From Acidobacteriota bacterium (GTDB lineage Bacteria; Acidobacteriota; Polarisedimenticolia; JAPUKU01), in assembly GCA_027295505.1 (NCBI GenBank), contig JAPUKU010000045.1, positions 20,586 to 84,585 of the forward strand: 64,000 nt of DNA, written 5' to 3'. A program made the position numbers and the translations under genes. The notes under the pieces were generated by a model that saw nothing but the letters and a program-made list of their open reading frames with translations, was not told where the DNA came from and did no database searches. Of this stretch, positions 8,586-18,304 are shown one piece after another (positions within the stretch are counted from its first letter, which is position 1; the number at the start of each line of letters is the position of its first letter).

Positions 8586-11051
8586 TTAGAAGGAGCGCCC
8601 GATGGAAAACTGCAGCGAGTTTGGATCCTCATTCCCTATTGGGTCAATGACGAACCCATAAATCAGCCGCAGTGGAAACTGGAACACCGGGAGATAGAAA
8701 CGTGCTTCTACGCCGTACGACATCTTGAGGTCGTTCAGGTTGAAGCTGACATCATCGAGATAGGTATTGCCCGCGTCGAAGAAGAAAGCAAGCTGCATCG
8801 GCTGACCGACCGGAATGACATACTCGAGCTGAGCCAGGAGATATTTGTTTCCACCACACTCATCCAGGAACGGCCGGCGCTCCACCGTGGTGATGGGATT
8901 GCCATTTGAGTCCAAAGCAGGGATCAGAAGGTCTCTGAAGAAACGGTCGTCACTCGGATCCGTGGGATCCGGCGTGGCAGCGACGCAGTCGTTGGTGCCG
9001 TCGAGCGCACGAAAACCCACGGGGCTAATGGAACGCGTCTCGAAGGCGCGCGGACCGCGGAGCTCGCCGCCAAGGAAAAACCGATCCGATATCGGCATCA
9101 GACCGTCGCCGAAACGTTCCACCCAGCCAAATTCAGTATGGGTTCTGAAGAACGTCCGCTTGTAGGCTGGAAAGAAGCTGGTGTTGAGAATGCGCGGCTT
9201 GACGAAGGAGTTGTCTCCACCCAGAAAGCCGCCCGCATACTCCACCGTGAAGCGCAGGGAATGCCCCCGGCTGGGCCGGAATGGGTTGTTGACCGTGTTC
9301 AGCAGGTAACTTGAGATGATGCTGCTGGTCACCGAATCACTGGTGGTGAATTCCTGGCCCAGACGCTCTTCGTCGATCTGCAGATCCTCCAGCAGGTAGG
9401 TGGCGCGGATGAACTGAAAGTTGGCGATGCGGCGTCCCAAGGTCAAGCTGAGTCCCGACCCGCTCTGCGTGAAGTCAGTAAATTGGGTCTCGCGACGGAA
9501 TATGCTGAATCCGAAGGTCACTGGCTTGCCGAGAAAGTAAGGCTCCTCGAACGCAATCATGAAACGATCGCTGCGGCCGCCGATTTGCGCAGAGGTGGTG
9601 AGAATCTCTCCCAGTCCAAGAAAGTTCCTCGTCCTGTAAGACGCCGTGAAAAAGCCCCCATCCACGCCACTGTAGCCGCCACCCATCTGGATCTCATTGC
9701 GGCTCTCCTCCCTCCCGTGAACCGTGATATCGACCTTGTTCTCACCTTCAATTGGCTGGATCTCAGGCTCCTGGGTCAGCTGCCAGTAGCCAAGCTGGTT
9801 GATGCGCCGCACACCGATGCGGAACTGTGTCAGGTCGAACACTTCCTGTTCGTTGACTCGAAGCTCCCTTCTGAGAACCTTGTCTCGGGTGGTCGAGTTG
9901 CCGACGAACTCTATGCGGTTAATGAAATAACGCTGATCCTCGTCTATACGGAGGCGGACATCCACGGTTCCGTCGTCGTTGCGCTTCAGCCGCGGAGAGC
10001 TGGAAACGTAGAAATAACCCTTTTGCCCATAGGCGGATTCGATCGACTTGGTGCCCACCTGCATCCGGCTGCCGTTGTAGGTCATGCCCGGGCGCAGAGG
10101 GATGCTAGCGAGAATCTGTTGCTCCGTGAAGACGGTGTTTCCCTCGACGCTCATCTCGCCAACCGTATAGGAATTCCCTTCCTCGATCGGCACCGTAATC
10201 GACAGCCACTTCTTGCTCTTGTGGGGTTCCTCGTGGGGCTTGTCCTCGACCACCTCGACGATGGCCGGTTTGATCTGCACATCGATGTAGCCCCGATCGA
10301 GGTACAGCCGTCGTACCACCTCCAGGTCTTGGTCGAAAATCAGAGGATGATAGGTCGTTCCCCTCTTGAAGAGTTTCCACCAGTGGTGCTCTCTGGTGTT
10401 CTGGAGGGATTTCCTGAGCTTGCGGCTCGAAAACAGGCTGTTCCCCGTGAATTCAATGCTGCGCACACGGGTTTTCACTCCCGGCTCGATCGTGAACACC
10501 ACGGCAACCGTGCCAGGAGAGATTTCCTCAAGCTCACCCCTGACCATCGAATCCATGTGCCCCTTCTCCGCCAGCATGTTGCGCAGATGCTCCTCTGCCT
10601 CTTTGACATCACCATAATCGATGGGCAGACCAATCTTGAACTCGACTTCACGTTCCTTGAGACGATCCTCCATTTGCGAGCGCGTCAGCATCTTGATCTC
10701 ACTGTACTCGACCGAAGTCAGAAGCGGTCTCTCTGTCACATGAAAGATGACGACGATGCCCCGATCACCCGGCCGGGTCTCGACCGAGAGGTCATCGAAC
10801 ATCTTGCGCTCCCACAAGGCCCGGAAATCAGAACGCACACGCTCGGCATCAAAGGTATCCCCCACCCTGAAGGAGAGCAGGTGACGGAACGCCTCCTCGG
10901 AGAGCCGGCTGTTCCCCTCGACGATAATGGCCTCGATGGTCTGGGAGGTCTGGGCCATGGCCCCGTTCGGAAGAAGAAACAACAGGAATGTCAGAAGGCA
11001 GGTGATGCCCAAAAAGTCGCGTCTACGCGTGGGGAGTGCCAGAAAGGGCAT
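8586..11051 (-). CDS. bamA: outer membrane protein assembly factor BamA
   Basis: Signal peptide, five POTRA-like repeats, and a C-terminal 16-strand beta-barrel ending in an aromatic residue (..LQFSIGRSF); about 820 aa. Start set at the ATG at 11051. Confidence 0.9.
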   Translation of the reverse strand: MPFLALPTRRRDFLGITCLLTFLLFLLPNGAMAQTSQTIEAIIVEGNSRLSEEAFRHLLSFRVGDTFDAERVRSDFRALWERKMFDDLSVETRPGDRGIVVIFHVTERPLLTSVEYSEIKMLTRSQMEDRLKEREVEFKIGLPIDYGDVKEAEEHLRNMLAEKGHMDSMVRGELEEISPGTVAVVFTIEPGVKTRVRSIEFTGNSLFSSRKLRKSLQNTREHHWWKLFKRGTTYHPLIFDQDLEVVRRLYLDRGYIDVQIKPAIVEVVEDKPHEEPHKSKKWLSITVPIEEGNSYTVGEMSVEGNTVFTEQQILASIPLRPGMTYNGSRMQVGTKSIESAYGQKGYFYVSSSPRLKRNDDGTVDVRLRIDEDQRYFINRIEFVGNSTTRDKVLRRELRVNEQEVFDLTQFRIGVRRINQLGYWQLTQEPEIQPIEGENKVDITVHGREESRNEIQMGGGYSGVDGGFFTASYRTRNFLGLGEILTTSAQIGGRSDRFMIAFEEPYFLGKPVTFGFSIFRRETQFTDFTQSGSGLSLTLGRRIANFQFIRATYLLEDLQIDEERLGQEFTTSDSVTSSIISSYLLNTVNNPFRPSRGHSLRFTVEYAGGFLGGDNSFVKPRILNTSFFPAYKRTFFRTHTEFGWVERFGDGLMPISDRFFLGGELRGPRAFETRSISPVGFRALDGTNDCVAATPDPTDPSDDRFFRDLLIPALDSNGNPITTVERRPFLDECGGNKYLLAQLEYVIPVGQPMQLAFFFDAGNTYLDDVSFNLNDLKMSYGVEARFYLPVFQFPLRLIYGFVIDPIGNEDPNSLQFSIGRSF

Positions 11052-11105
11052 CGGGGACAGGAACGCCCATGTTTCAGGGGCGCAAATTTTCACGGGCTGG
11101 CCCGC

Positions 11106-13529
11106 TCAGCGGGCCGGGTTGGTTTCGCGGGCCTCTCGAAAGGTGATTTTACCGTTTTCCAGCACTACCCAGATCGTTGCGGGCCGGGGGAGCTGACCGC
11201 GGATCATCTCCTCGGACAGCGCGTCCTCGATATGTTTCTGGATCGCACGACGCAAGGGCCGGGCACCATAGGACCGATCCTTGCAGGTCGTCTCGACCAA
11301 CCAGTCATGGACATCATCGGACACCCGTAGCTTCAGGCCACGCTCCGAGAGATTCGCGTTGAGCCGATCGAGCATCAAGCCGCTGATGTCGCGCAACTGA
11401 CTTTCCGTGAGCGCGTCAAAAATGACGATCTCATCCAGGCGATTGATGAATTCAGGACTCAGAACACGCTTGACCTCATCCATCACCACCTCGCGGCGCG
11501 CCGTGTTGGTATCCTGTAGGCCCTGCTTGAAGCCCATCTTGCCCCCCTTGTCGATCTTATGAGAACCGATATTGGACGTCAGAATGACAATCGTGTTCTT
11601 GAAGTCGACGAGAGTGCCATAAGCGTCCGTGATCTGCCCGTCCTCGAAGACCTGCAGCAGGATGTTCAGGATGTCTGGATGCGCTTTTTCGATCTCGTCC
11701 AGGAGGATCACGGAGTAGGGCCGGCGCTTAACGCGCTCGGTGAGTTGCCCGCCCTCGTCGTGTCCGATGTAGCCCGGAGGCGAGCCAATCATCTTGGCGA
11801 TCGAGTGTTTCTCCATGTACTCCGACATGTCGAAACGAATGAGCGCATTCTCGTTGCCGAACAGGAACTCCGCCAGAGTCCGCGCGACTTCCGTCTTGCC
11901 GACTCCGGTCGGGCCCAGGAATACGAAAGAGCCCACAGGGCGCAGCGGACTCTTCAGGCCGGCCCGGGAGCGACGGATCGCCCGGGAGATGGCCGAGAGG
12001 GCCGTCTCCTGCCCGACGATTCGCTGATGGAGATATGATTCCATGTTGAGAAGCTTTTCCTTCTCTTCCTCGCGCACGGTGGGCAGAGGCACCCCCGTCC
12101 ATCGTGAGATGACCTCTTCGATGTCCTGCTCGGTCACCTCGACTACCATGTTGCGCTCCTCCTCGCTCTTCTTCCGGGCTTCCTCGAATTTCGTCCGCAG
12201 CAGGATCTCCTGATCGTGGAACTTGATCGCGCTCTCGAAGTCCTTCCTCGACAGAGCGCGCTTCATGCTGCTCGTGGCCTCCTTGATCTCGTTCTCGATC
12301 TTCCGCGTTTCGAGGTACGACGTTTTCTTACGCAGCTTGACACGCGCACCCGCCTCGTCCAGAACGTCGATGGCCTTGTCGGGAAGGAACCGGTCCGTGA
12401 TGTAGCGGTTGGACTGTGCCACCGACGCGCGCACCGCCTCGTCCGAATACGAAACCTGGTGGAAGCATTCGTAGCGCTCCTTGATGCCGAAAAGAACCTC
12501 GATGGTCTCCTGCTCGGTGGGCGGCACAATCTTGATGGCCTGAAAACGCCTCACTAGCGAGCGATCCTTCTCAATGTACTTATGGTAGTCACGTGGAGTC
12601 GTCGAACCAATACACTGAACCTCACCCCTCGACAGCGCGGGTTTGAGAATGTTCGCAGCATCCAGGGAACCCTCGGCCGAGCCAGCGCCGATGAGGGTGT
12701 GGATCTCGTCGATGAAGATGATGATCTCATCATTACCGGTGAGCTCGGAGATGATTCCCTTCAGGCGCTCCTCGAACTGGCCCCGGTACTTGGTTCCCGC
12801 CACGATGAGCGAAAGATCGAGCGCCAGAATGCGCTTATCGACCAGCAACGGCGGCACGTTGCCTTCCACGATGCGGCGCGCCAGGCCTTCAACGATGGCA
12901 GTCTTGCCCACGCCAGGCTCACCCAGGAGCACCGGGTTGTTCTTGCGCCTCCGGGAGAGGATCTGGACCACGCGCTCGAGTTCCGGCTCCCGCCCGATGA
13001 GCGGATCGAACACGCCCTTGGCTGCCATCTCGCTCAGATCACGACTGAACTCATTCAGGAAAGGAGATTCCCGCTTCTTCTTGGGTAGCGCCTTGCGCTT
13101 GAGGATCTCGACCGTGTCCTCACGCACTGCAAAGAGGCGCATTCCCTTGTCCGCCAGCAGCTGGCCCGCCGCGGAATTCTCCACGCGCAGCAGCCCTAGC
13201 AACAGGTGCTCGGTGCCGATGTAGTTGTGCAGAAGCCGCTCCGCCTCTTCCTCCGCGCAGGTGAGAACCTTTTTGGTCTCCTCGCTGAACGGAATTTCGA
13301 CTGATGTCGAGACCCTTTCACGAGAAGGCCCCTGGTTTTCGAGCTCGGCGCGGAGCATTTCCATGCTGATGTTGGAGCGCATGAAGATCTCTCGAGTGAC
13401 TTCCTCACCTTCCTTGAGAAGACCTAGAAGCAGATGCTCGGTGCCGATCACACGGCCCCCCATCTGGCTCGCTTCGTAGCGCGCCAGGAATAGCACCCTC
13501 TTGGCCTTCTCCGTGAACTTCTCAAACAT
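11106..13529 (-). CDS. clpC: ATP-dependent Clp protease ATP-binding subunit, ClpC/ClpA type
   Basis: Two Clp_N repeats (IGTEHLLLGLL x2), two AAA+ modules (GEPGVGKTAIVEGLA; GPTGVGKTE), a UVR-like middle domain, and a ClpP-docking loop region. Start set at MFEKFTEKAKRVL (13529). Confidence 0.9.
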   Translation of the reverse strand: MFEKFTEKAKRVLFLARYEASQMGGRVIGTEHLLLGLLKEGEEVTREIFMRSNISMEMLRAELENQGPSRERVSTSVEIPFSEETKKVLTCAEEEAERLLHNYIGTEHLLLGLLRVENSAAGQLLADKGMRLFAVREDTVEILKRKALPKKKRESPFLNEFSRDLSEMAAKGVFDPLIGREPELERVVQILSRRRKNNPVLLGEPGVGKTAIVEGLARRIVEGNVPPLLVDKRILALDLSLIVAGTKYRGQFEERLKGIISELTGNDEIIIFIDEIHTLIGAGSAEGSLDAANILKPALSRGEVQCIGSTTPRDYHKYIEKDRSLVRRFQAIKIVPPTEQETIEVLFGIKERYECFHQVSYSDEAVRASVAQSNRYITDRFLPDKAIDVLDEAGARVKLRKKTSYLETRKIENEIKEATSSMKRALSRKDFESAIKFHDQEILLRTKFEEARKKSEEERNMVVEVTEQDIEEVISRWTGVPLPTVREEEKEKLLNMESYLHQRIVGQETALSAISRAIRRSRAGLKSPLRPVGSFVFLGPTGVGKTEVARTLAEFLFGNENALIRFDMSEYMEKHSIAKMIGSPPGYIGHDEGGQLTERVKRRPYSVILLDEIEKAHPDILNILLQVFEDGQITDAYGTLVDFKNTIVILTSNIGSHKIDKGGKMGFKQGLQDTNTARREVVMDEVKRVLSPEFINRLDEIVIFDALTESQLRDISGLMLDRLNANLSERGLKLRVSDDVHDWLVETTCKDRSYGARPLRRAIQKHIEDALSEEMIRGQLPRPATIWVVLENGKITFREARETNPAR

Positions 13530-13551
13530 GAAGCTTGTCTCCGTTCCGATT

Positions 13552-14289
13552 TCAGTATTTGACGGCCGGGCTTGCGCTTCCAACCGTCACGTCCTGTCCC
13601 GCCTCTTGCTCACGCAGGACTCCGTCTTCCAGCCTGAGCACCCGGTCACAACGCTGCACCAGACGCTCGTTGTGGCTGGCGAGCACCACGGTCAATCCCC
13701 GGCGCTCGCGCGCGGCGCATAGCAGATCCATCAGCCGCTGGCTGTTGCGCGCATCCAGATTTCCCGTCGGCTCATCCGCCAGCAGCATCGTCGGCTCGTT
13801 GATCAGCGCTCTGGCCACAGCCACGCGCTGCTGCTCGCCACCCGACAGTTCGAACGGGCGATGGGTACTGCGCTCAGCCATGCCAAGCTCCTCGAGAACT
13901 GACTCAGCCCGGCCGCGCGCCACCGCCGCCTGCTCGCCACGAATGCGGAGCGGCATGGCCACATTCTCACAGGCCGTGAACTCCGGCAGTAGCCGGTGGT
14001 TTTGGAACACAAACCCAATCCGGCTGCGGCGGAACCCGTCGGCGCCATCGTCGTCAAGCTCGAGAACATCCTTGCCACAAAACTCATAACTTCCGCTCTC
14101 GGGCCGATCGAGTAGCGCCAGCAGGTTCAGTAACGTACTCTTGCCCACCCCCGAAGAACCCACCACCGCCAGCATCTCACCGCGTCCGGCCATCAGGTTG
14201 AGGCCCTTGAGGACGTCCACACGCCGCACCCCTTCTCCATATCCCTTGACCAGACCTGCACAGCGGATGAACACCGGCTTCTCCCTCAC
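13552..14289 (-). CDS. lolD: lipoprotein-releasing system ATP-binding protein LolD
   Basis: ABC ATPase (GSSGVGKST, LSGGEQQRVAVARAL, LLADEPTGNLD) collinear with E. coli LolD. The GTG start at 14289 overlaps the lolE stop in a GTGA arrangement. Confidence 0.85.
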   Translation of the reverse strand: MREKPVFIRCAGLVKGYGEGVRRVDVLKGLNLMAGRGEMLAVVGSSGVGKSTLLNLLALLDRPESGSYEFCGKDVLELDDDGADGFRRSRIGFVFQNHRLLPEFTACENVAMPLRIRGEQAAVARGRAESVLEELGMAERSTHRPFELSGGEQQRVAVARALINEPTMLLADEPTGNLDARNSQRLMDLLCAARERRGLTVVLASHNERLVQRCDRVLRLEDGVLREQEAGQDVTVGSASPAVKY

Positions 14290-15572
14290 TCGTAGCGCAG
14301 CGCCTCCACAGGAAGCAGCCGCGAGGCCCGCCACGCGGGCACCGCCGCAGCCACCAGAGACAACAGAACGGCAAGTCCTGCCACCGTCGTCAGATCCTCC
14401 CAACGGACCTTGAAGGGAACAAACGAGAGGTAGTAGACCTCCGGCGGCAGAGAAATGACTTGATAGGTGTCCAGGAACCAGCTCATTGCCACTCCAACAG
14501 CACAGCCGACCAGCGTGCCGAGCACCCCGATGAGCAGGCCCTGCAACAGGAAGATGTTCAGGATCTGCCGCCGGGTCGCGCCGAGGGCGCGCAGTGTGCC
14601 CAGATCCCGCATCTTATCCTTCACCGCAAGCAGGAGCGTGGACACGATGTTGAGAGCTGCCACCATGATAATCAATCCGACCGCCAGGAACAGCAGCAGT
14701 TTTTCAAGCCGCATGGCCGAGAAGAAAGGACGGTTCCTCTCGATCAAGTTCGTCACCTGGAAACCGGGTCCCAGTGCCTTTTCAACTTCCTCCTGGGCCA
14801 CCGCCAGCTCCTCGAGATCCCGGATACGAACCTCGATGCCGGTCGCCCCTGCCCCGAGTCCGAACAGCTTCTGAGCCGCCGCCAGGCCCACGTAGGAGCG
14901 CGTCGAATCGTAGTCGTGAAATCCGGCCTCGATCAGACCCACGACCCGAAAGTGTCGGCTTCTTGGACGCAGGCGGAATGGGGTCACATCAACTTGTGGA
15001 ACAAGAAGCTCCACTGTTCCCCCAACGACCACTCCCAAATGATACGCAAGTTCCTTTCCCAGGACAACGCCTTCCTCGCCTGGTTCGGAGCGTGGTAATA
15101 ACCCCTCAAGGTCACCCTCGACCAGATCTCGCGCGAGATCGGTGACCGCGCCCTCACGGAGTACATCAACCCCCTTCAGGAACACTGGCTCCCCGGAGGG
15201 ATTGAGTTCGCTGACGAGAAGGCCTTTCTCGAGGACCACGGGTGCCGCGACTTCGACTTGGGGCAGATCCTGCAGGAGATCGATCAGCGGCTCGACCGGG
15301 TCGATCGGCTTGCCTCCCCATCCGCCGAACACCGTCAAATGAGCGTTGCCCGCCAAGATCCGCTGCTGGACATCCTCCTGGAATCCGGTCATGAGCGCCA
15401 GGGCGATGAGCAGTGCCATGACGCCGACCGCCACCCCGAGGAAAGAGAGCATTGACAGGAGCGCAATGAAGGCGTTGCGGCGCGGCGACAGGGTGTAGCG
15501 AAGAGCAACGTACAGGGAAAAGGCGGGGCTGGCCCTGTTTGGAGGGGGCGAGGCAGGCTCTGGGGGTATCAT
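14286..15572 (-). CDS. lolE: lipoprotein-releasing system permease LolC/LolE (FtsX family)
   Basis: Four TM segments, a large periplasmic loop, an N-terminus (..LYVALRYTL) aligning to LolC/E, and a C-terminal FtsX domain; lies upstream of and coupled to lolD. Confidence 0.8.
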   Translation of the reverse strand: MIPPEPASPPPNRASPAFSLYVALRYTLSPRRNAFIALLSMLSFLGVAVGVMALLIALALMTGFQEDVQQRILAGNAHLTVFGGWGGKPIDPVEPLIDLLQDLPQVEVAAPVVLEKGLLVSELNPSGEPVFLKGVDVLREGAVTDLARDLVEGDLEGLLPRSEPGEEGVVLGKELAYHLGVVVGGTVELLVPQVDVTPFRLRPRSRHFRVVGLIEAGFHDYDSTRSYVGLAAAQKLFGLGAGATGIEVRIRDLEELAVAQEEVEKALGPGFQVTNLIERNRPFFSAMRLEKLLLFLAVGLIIMVAALNIVSTLLLAVKDKMRDLGTLRALGATRRQILNIFLLQGLLIGVLGTLVGCAVGVAMSWFLDTYQVISLPPEVYYLSFVPFKVRWEDLTTVAGLAVLLSLVAAAVPAWRASRLLPVEALRYE

Positions 15573-15618
15573 CCGAACAGGATTATAAATTATTTACCTG
15601 TGGGGCGTTTGAATCCCC

Positions 15619-16464
15619 TCATTCCGCCGGACCGGCTTCCTCCGGCTCTTCGCCAGGCCGGCCTCTCGGGAACGGCCCTTCCGCTTCCTCTCCGGTCCGG
15701 CGGCGGGCCTGCCAGGCTCCGCTTCCCGGTCTGCCTCCCGACACATCCATGCTTTGCCAGGTTCCGCGAATGAGCGTGCCCGCCCGGTTGACACTTCCCT
15801 CGAGCTCCATGGAACGACCCAGGCGTGAATCGATGCGGCTCATAAACACCTTTCCGCTGACCAGCGTCCCTTGCAGGCTGCCATGGTGGCCGCCATCCTG
15901 CAAATACTCCCCGGCCAGAACCGTTCCCGATTGCCGGAGGGCGAAGACCGCCCGGCTGCCCCCGGGAGCCAGGGTGACGTCCCAGAGGCCCGAGAGCGAT
16001 TCCGATGGCCCGGGAAGCTGGGCCGCCAGCTCTGCGAGGCGCTGCTCTCCCGCCTGAATCTGTTCTTCCTGTGCCCGCACGGAGTCTCGCAGCACGCGGA
16101 TGCGTTGAGACGAGGAGGCTGCCTCCGCTTCCAGGGCACGAACCTCGTCCTCCATCTGATCGAGGGCTGCACCGCTCGTGGCGCCGTCAGCCGCGGTGGC
16201 GAGCGCGCGGATCTCCTCAAACCTGCGGGCCAGAGCGGCATAGATCCCTTCCCTGCGCACCATTTCACCGTTCAATCTGTCGAGCTCCGATTCCAGTGCG
16301 CTTCTCTGCACCTCGAGGGTGACCTCGAGGTTGAAGATGGCCATGCGAAGGCTCTCTCCCGGCAACCAGTCCTGGGCCCGGCCGGGAGAGAAGGCCACCC
16401 CGAGCAGGAGCGTCGGAATCAGCACCACCCGGGCAGGCAGGTCGTGGGTCCACCGCGATCTCAT
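15619..16464 (-). CDS. hypothetical secreted protein (N-terminal coiled-coil, C-terminal beta-rich domain)
   Basis: Signal peptide (VVLIPTLLLGVAFSPGRAQD), a heptad-like Glu/Ala/Arg-rich stretch, then a Gly/Ser/Thr-rich C-terminus. Its start overlaps the stop of the Asd-like gene by 4 nt. Confidence 0.45.
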   Translation of the reverse strand: MRSRWTHDLPARVVLIPTLLLGVAFSPGRAQDWLPGESLRMAIFNLEVTLEVQRSALESELDRLNGEMVRREGIYAALARRFEEIRALATAADGATSGAALDQMEDEVRALEAEAASSSQRIRVLRDSVRAQEEQIQAGEQRLAELAAQLPGPSESLSGLWDVTLAPGGSRAVFALRQSGTVLAGEYLQDGGHHGSLQGTLVSGKVFMSRIDSRLGRSMELEGSVNRAGTLIRGTWQSMDVSGGRPGSGAWQARRRTGEEAEGPFPRGRPGEEPEEAGPAE

Positions 16465-17489
16465 TCAGGGACAGCTCCGGGCTTGCGGGGCTCAAAGCCG
16501 AGCAGGCGCGCCGCCATCAGAACGGCCCCTTCGGCCGCCGCTGCTTCCACGCGATCCGCCAGCACCCACAGCCACACCCCGCCACCGACCGGATCGTTGC
16601 GGATGAGCCCGACATGGGGCCGCGGGCGTTCCTCGAGCTCGGCGGACGTGAGCGGTCCCGACCCCACCGTGAGTTCGTTCGAGGCACCCAGCAGTTTGCG
16701 CAGCTTCGCCTCGCTGGGCAGATCCTCGATATCCAGGTGCATGACGACGGTGTGGGCATGGAACACCGGCGCCACGGCCATGAACAAGCTTACCGGGAGA
16801 TCGGTCGATCCCATGAGCGCCCGCACCTGCGAGGAGACCAACGTGCTCTGGACGCCGGCGGCCTGCAGCACATCGGTCGGCATCAGGTTGAACGCCAGCT
16901 GCCGGCCAAATACCTGTCGCGGCAACTCCGAGAAATTGAGAAGGTTGACTGACTGCTGGTACAGCTCCTCGAGCCCCACCTTACCGAAATCGGAAGCAGG
17001 CCTCAAAATGACGCCCCGCAGGGCGGTCACTTCGAGATGCGCCGCGAGCGGCGCCACGATTGTGTGCACGAGGTGGGCCAGCGGATGCGCTCCACCTATC
17101 CAACCGCGACGGGGTTTCGGCAGCGCCTCCTGCCGTCCCAGGGCTGCGAAAGGCATCTTCTCGGTGATGTCGGCGGCGTTCGTCAGATCCATCGCCAGAT
17201 AACCGCCGCTCGACGGCCAGTTGCGGTAGGCACCTCCGGTCGCGGGATCCTCGCAAAAGAAGGCGAGCTGAACTCCCTCGAGCGCCTGCTCCTCCGCCTT
17301 CAGGACGATTCTCGGCTCGCCGTTGAACTCCGCCAGGCTTCCCTCGCCCGAACCCGAAGCCAGCAGCCGCACCTCGTTGTACGGGAATGGAGTTTCGGAA
17401 AGCGCTTCGCGCAGCGCCACCGCGAATGGGTCCGTGCCGACGATCGCCAGATCGACAGAACGGCTACGCTTACGGGCCCTCGCTCGCAT
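16461..17489 (-). CDS. aspartate-semialdehyde dehydrogenase (Asd/USG-1) family protein, probably non-catalytic
   Basis: Asd-family landmarks are conserved (ASDFGKVGLEEL, QLAFNLMP, PVFHAHTVVMHLDIE). The NADP motif is degenerate (IVGTDPFAV instead of GATGxVG), and the NCST active-site Cys region is replaced by GAHPLAHLVHT. The ATG at 17489 overlaps the last 20 nt of pssA. Confidence 0.55.
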   Translation of the reverse strand: MRARARKRSRSVDLAIVGTDPFAVALREALSETPFPYNEVRLLASGSGEGSLAEFNGEPRIVLKAEEQALEGVQLAFFCEDPATGGAYRNWPSSGGYLAMDLTNAADITEKMPFAALGRQEALPKPRRGWIGGAHPLAHLVHTIVAPLAAHLEVTALRGVILRPASDFGKVGLEELYQQSVNLLNFSELPRQVFGRQLAFNLMPTDVLQAAGVQSTLVSSQVRALMGSTDLPVSLFMAVAPVFHAHTVVMHLDIEDLPSEAKLRKLLGASNELTVGSGPLTSAELEERPRPHVGLIRNDPVGGGVWLWVLADRVEAAAAEGAVLMAARLLGFEPRKPGAVPE

Positions 17490-18300
17490 CCTGGGCTCCG
17501 AGGGCCGATCCCACCAGGCGACTCCCGGCCCGGCCAAATCGTTTGGGCAGAAAACCCGAGGTGACGTAAGCGAGAGACAACATTGCGAGGAAGGTCGGGG
17601 GATGGTAGGCAAATGTAATGTAGATCAGCGTCACGATGATAATCGCCAGAAACGGTTTGCGCACCATCTGATCGACATTTTTGAGGCTGCGATAGCGAAG
17701 GCGGCTGATCATCAGAATAGCCACGAGGACGACCACCGCCGTCATGGCGCTTACGGCCAGACCATCCGTCACCTGCTCCGGATGGAAATTTACCATGGCG
17801 GCGATCGTGAGTGCCGCGGCAGGAATCGGCAGACCCACGAAGTAGCGCCAGTCTGAGGGGCGGCGCAGGTTGAAGCGTGCCAAGCGTGCGGTTCCGCAGG
17901 CCACGTACAGGAAAGCAACCAGCCAGCCGATACGCCCCAGCAACGAAAGCGCCCAGGTGTGCACCAGGATTGCTGGCGCGATGCCGAATGAGACCACGTC
18001 GCCGAGCGAGTCGAGCTGCAGGCCAAAATCGGTGTTGGTGTGGGTCAGGCGGGCGACCTGGCCATCCACAACGTCAAGAATCGAAGCCCCCAGGATGAGG
18101 AAGGCAGCAAGCTGGTAGCGACCCGCGCCTGCGCAGATGATGGCGTAAAAACCGCAGAACAGGCTGGCAACCGTGAACAGGCTGGGAAGGATGAAGATCC
18201 CGCGTCGAAACCGTGGGGGCATCTTCGGTCGGATGGGGAGCATGAACCTCCTCGGTCGAACGACCTTTGGATCATCCGGCTCTGGCGGACGGGCGTTCAT
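17470..18300 (-). CDS. pssA: CDP-diacylglycerol--serine O-phosphatidyltransferase (CDP-alcohol phosphatidyltransferase family)
   Basis: CDP-OH transferase motif DVVDGQVARLTHTNTDFGLQLDSLGD; multi-TM; adjacent to psd. Confidence 0.8.
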   Translation of the reverse strand: MNARPPEPDDPKVVRPRRFMLPIRPKMPPRFRRGIFILPSLFTVASLFCGFYAIICAGAGRYQLAAFLILGASILDVVDGQVARLTHTNTDFGLQLDSLGDVVSFGIAPAILVHTWALSLLGRIGWLVAFLYVACGTARLARFNLRRPSDWRYFVGLPIPAAALTIAAMVNFHPEQVTDGLAVSAMTAVVVLVAILMISRLRYRSLKNVDQMVRKPFLAIIIVTLIYITFAYHPPTFLAMLSLAYVTSGFLPKRFGRAGSRLVGSALGAQDASEGP

Positions 18301-18304
18301 GCGG

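Noticed and set aside
9483-11330. 615-aa ORF on the plus strand spanning bamA and the clpC 3' end
   Set aside because: Antisense to two strongly supported genes; low-complexity Arg/Gly/His/Leu-rich translation typical of off-strand ORFs in high-GC DNA.
15871-17202. 443-aa plus-strand ORF antisense to the Asd-like and coiled-coil genes
   Set aside because: Opposite strand of genes with family-level similarity; Arg/Ser/Pro-rich artefact.
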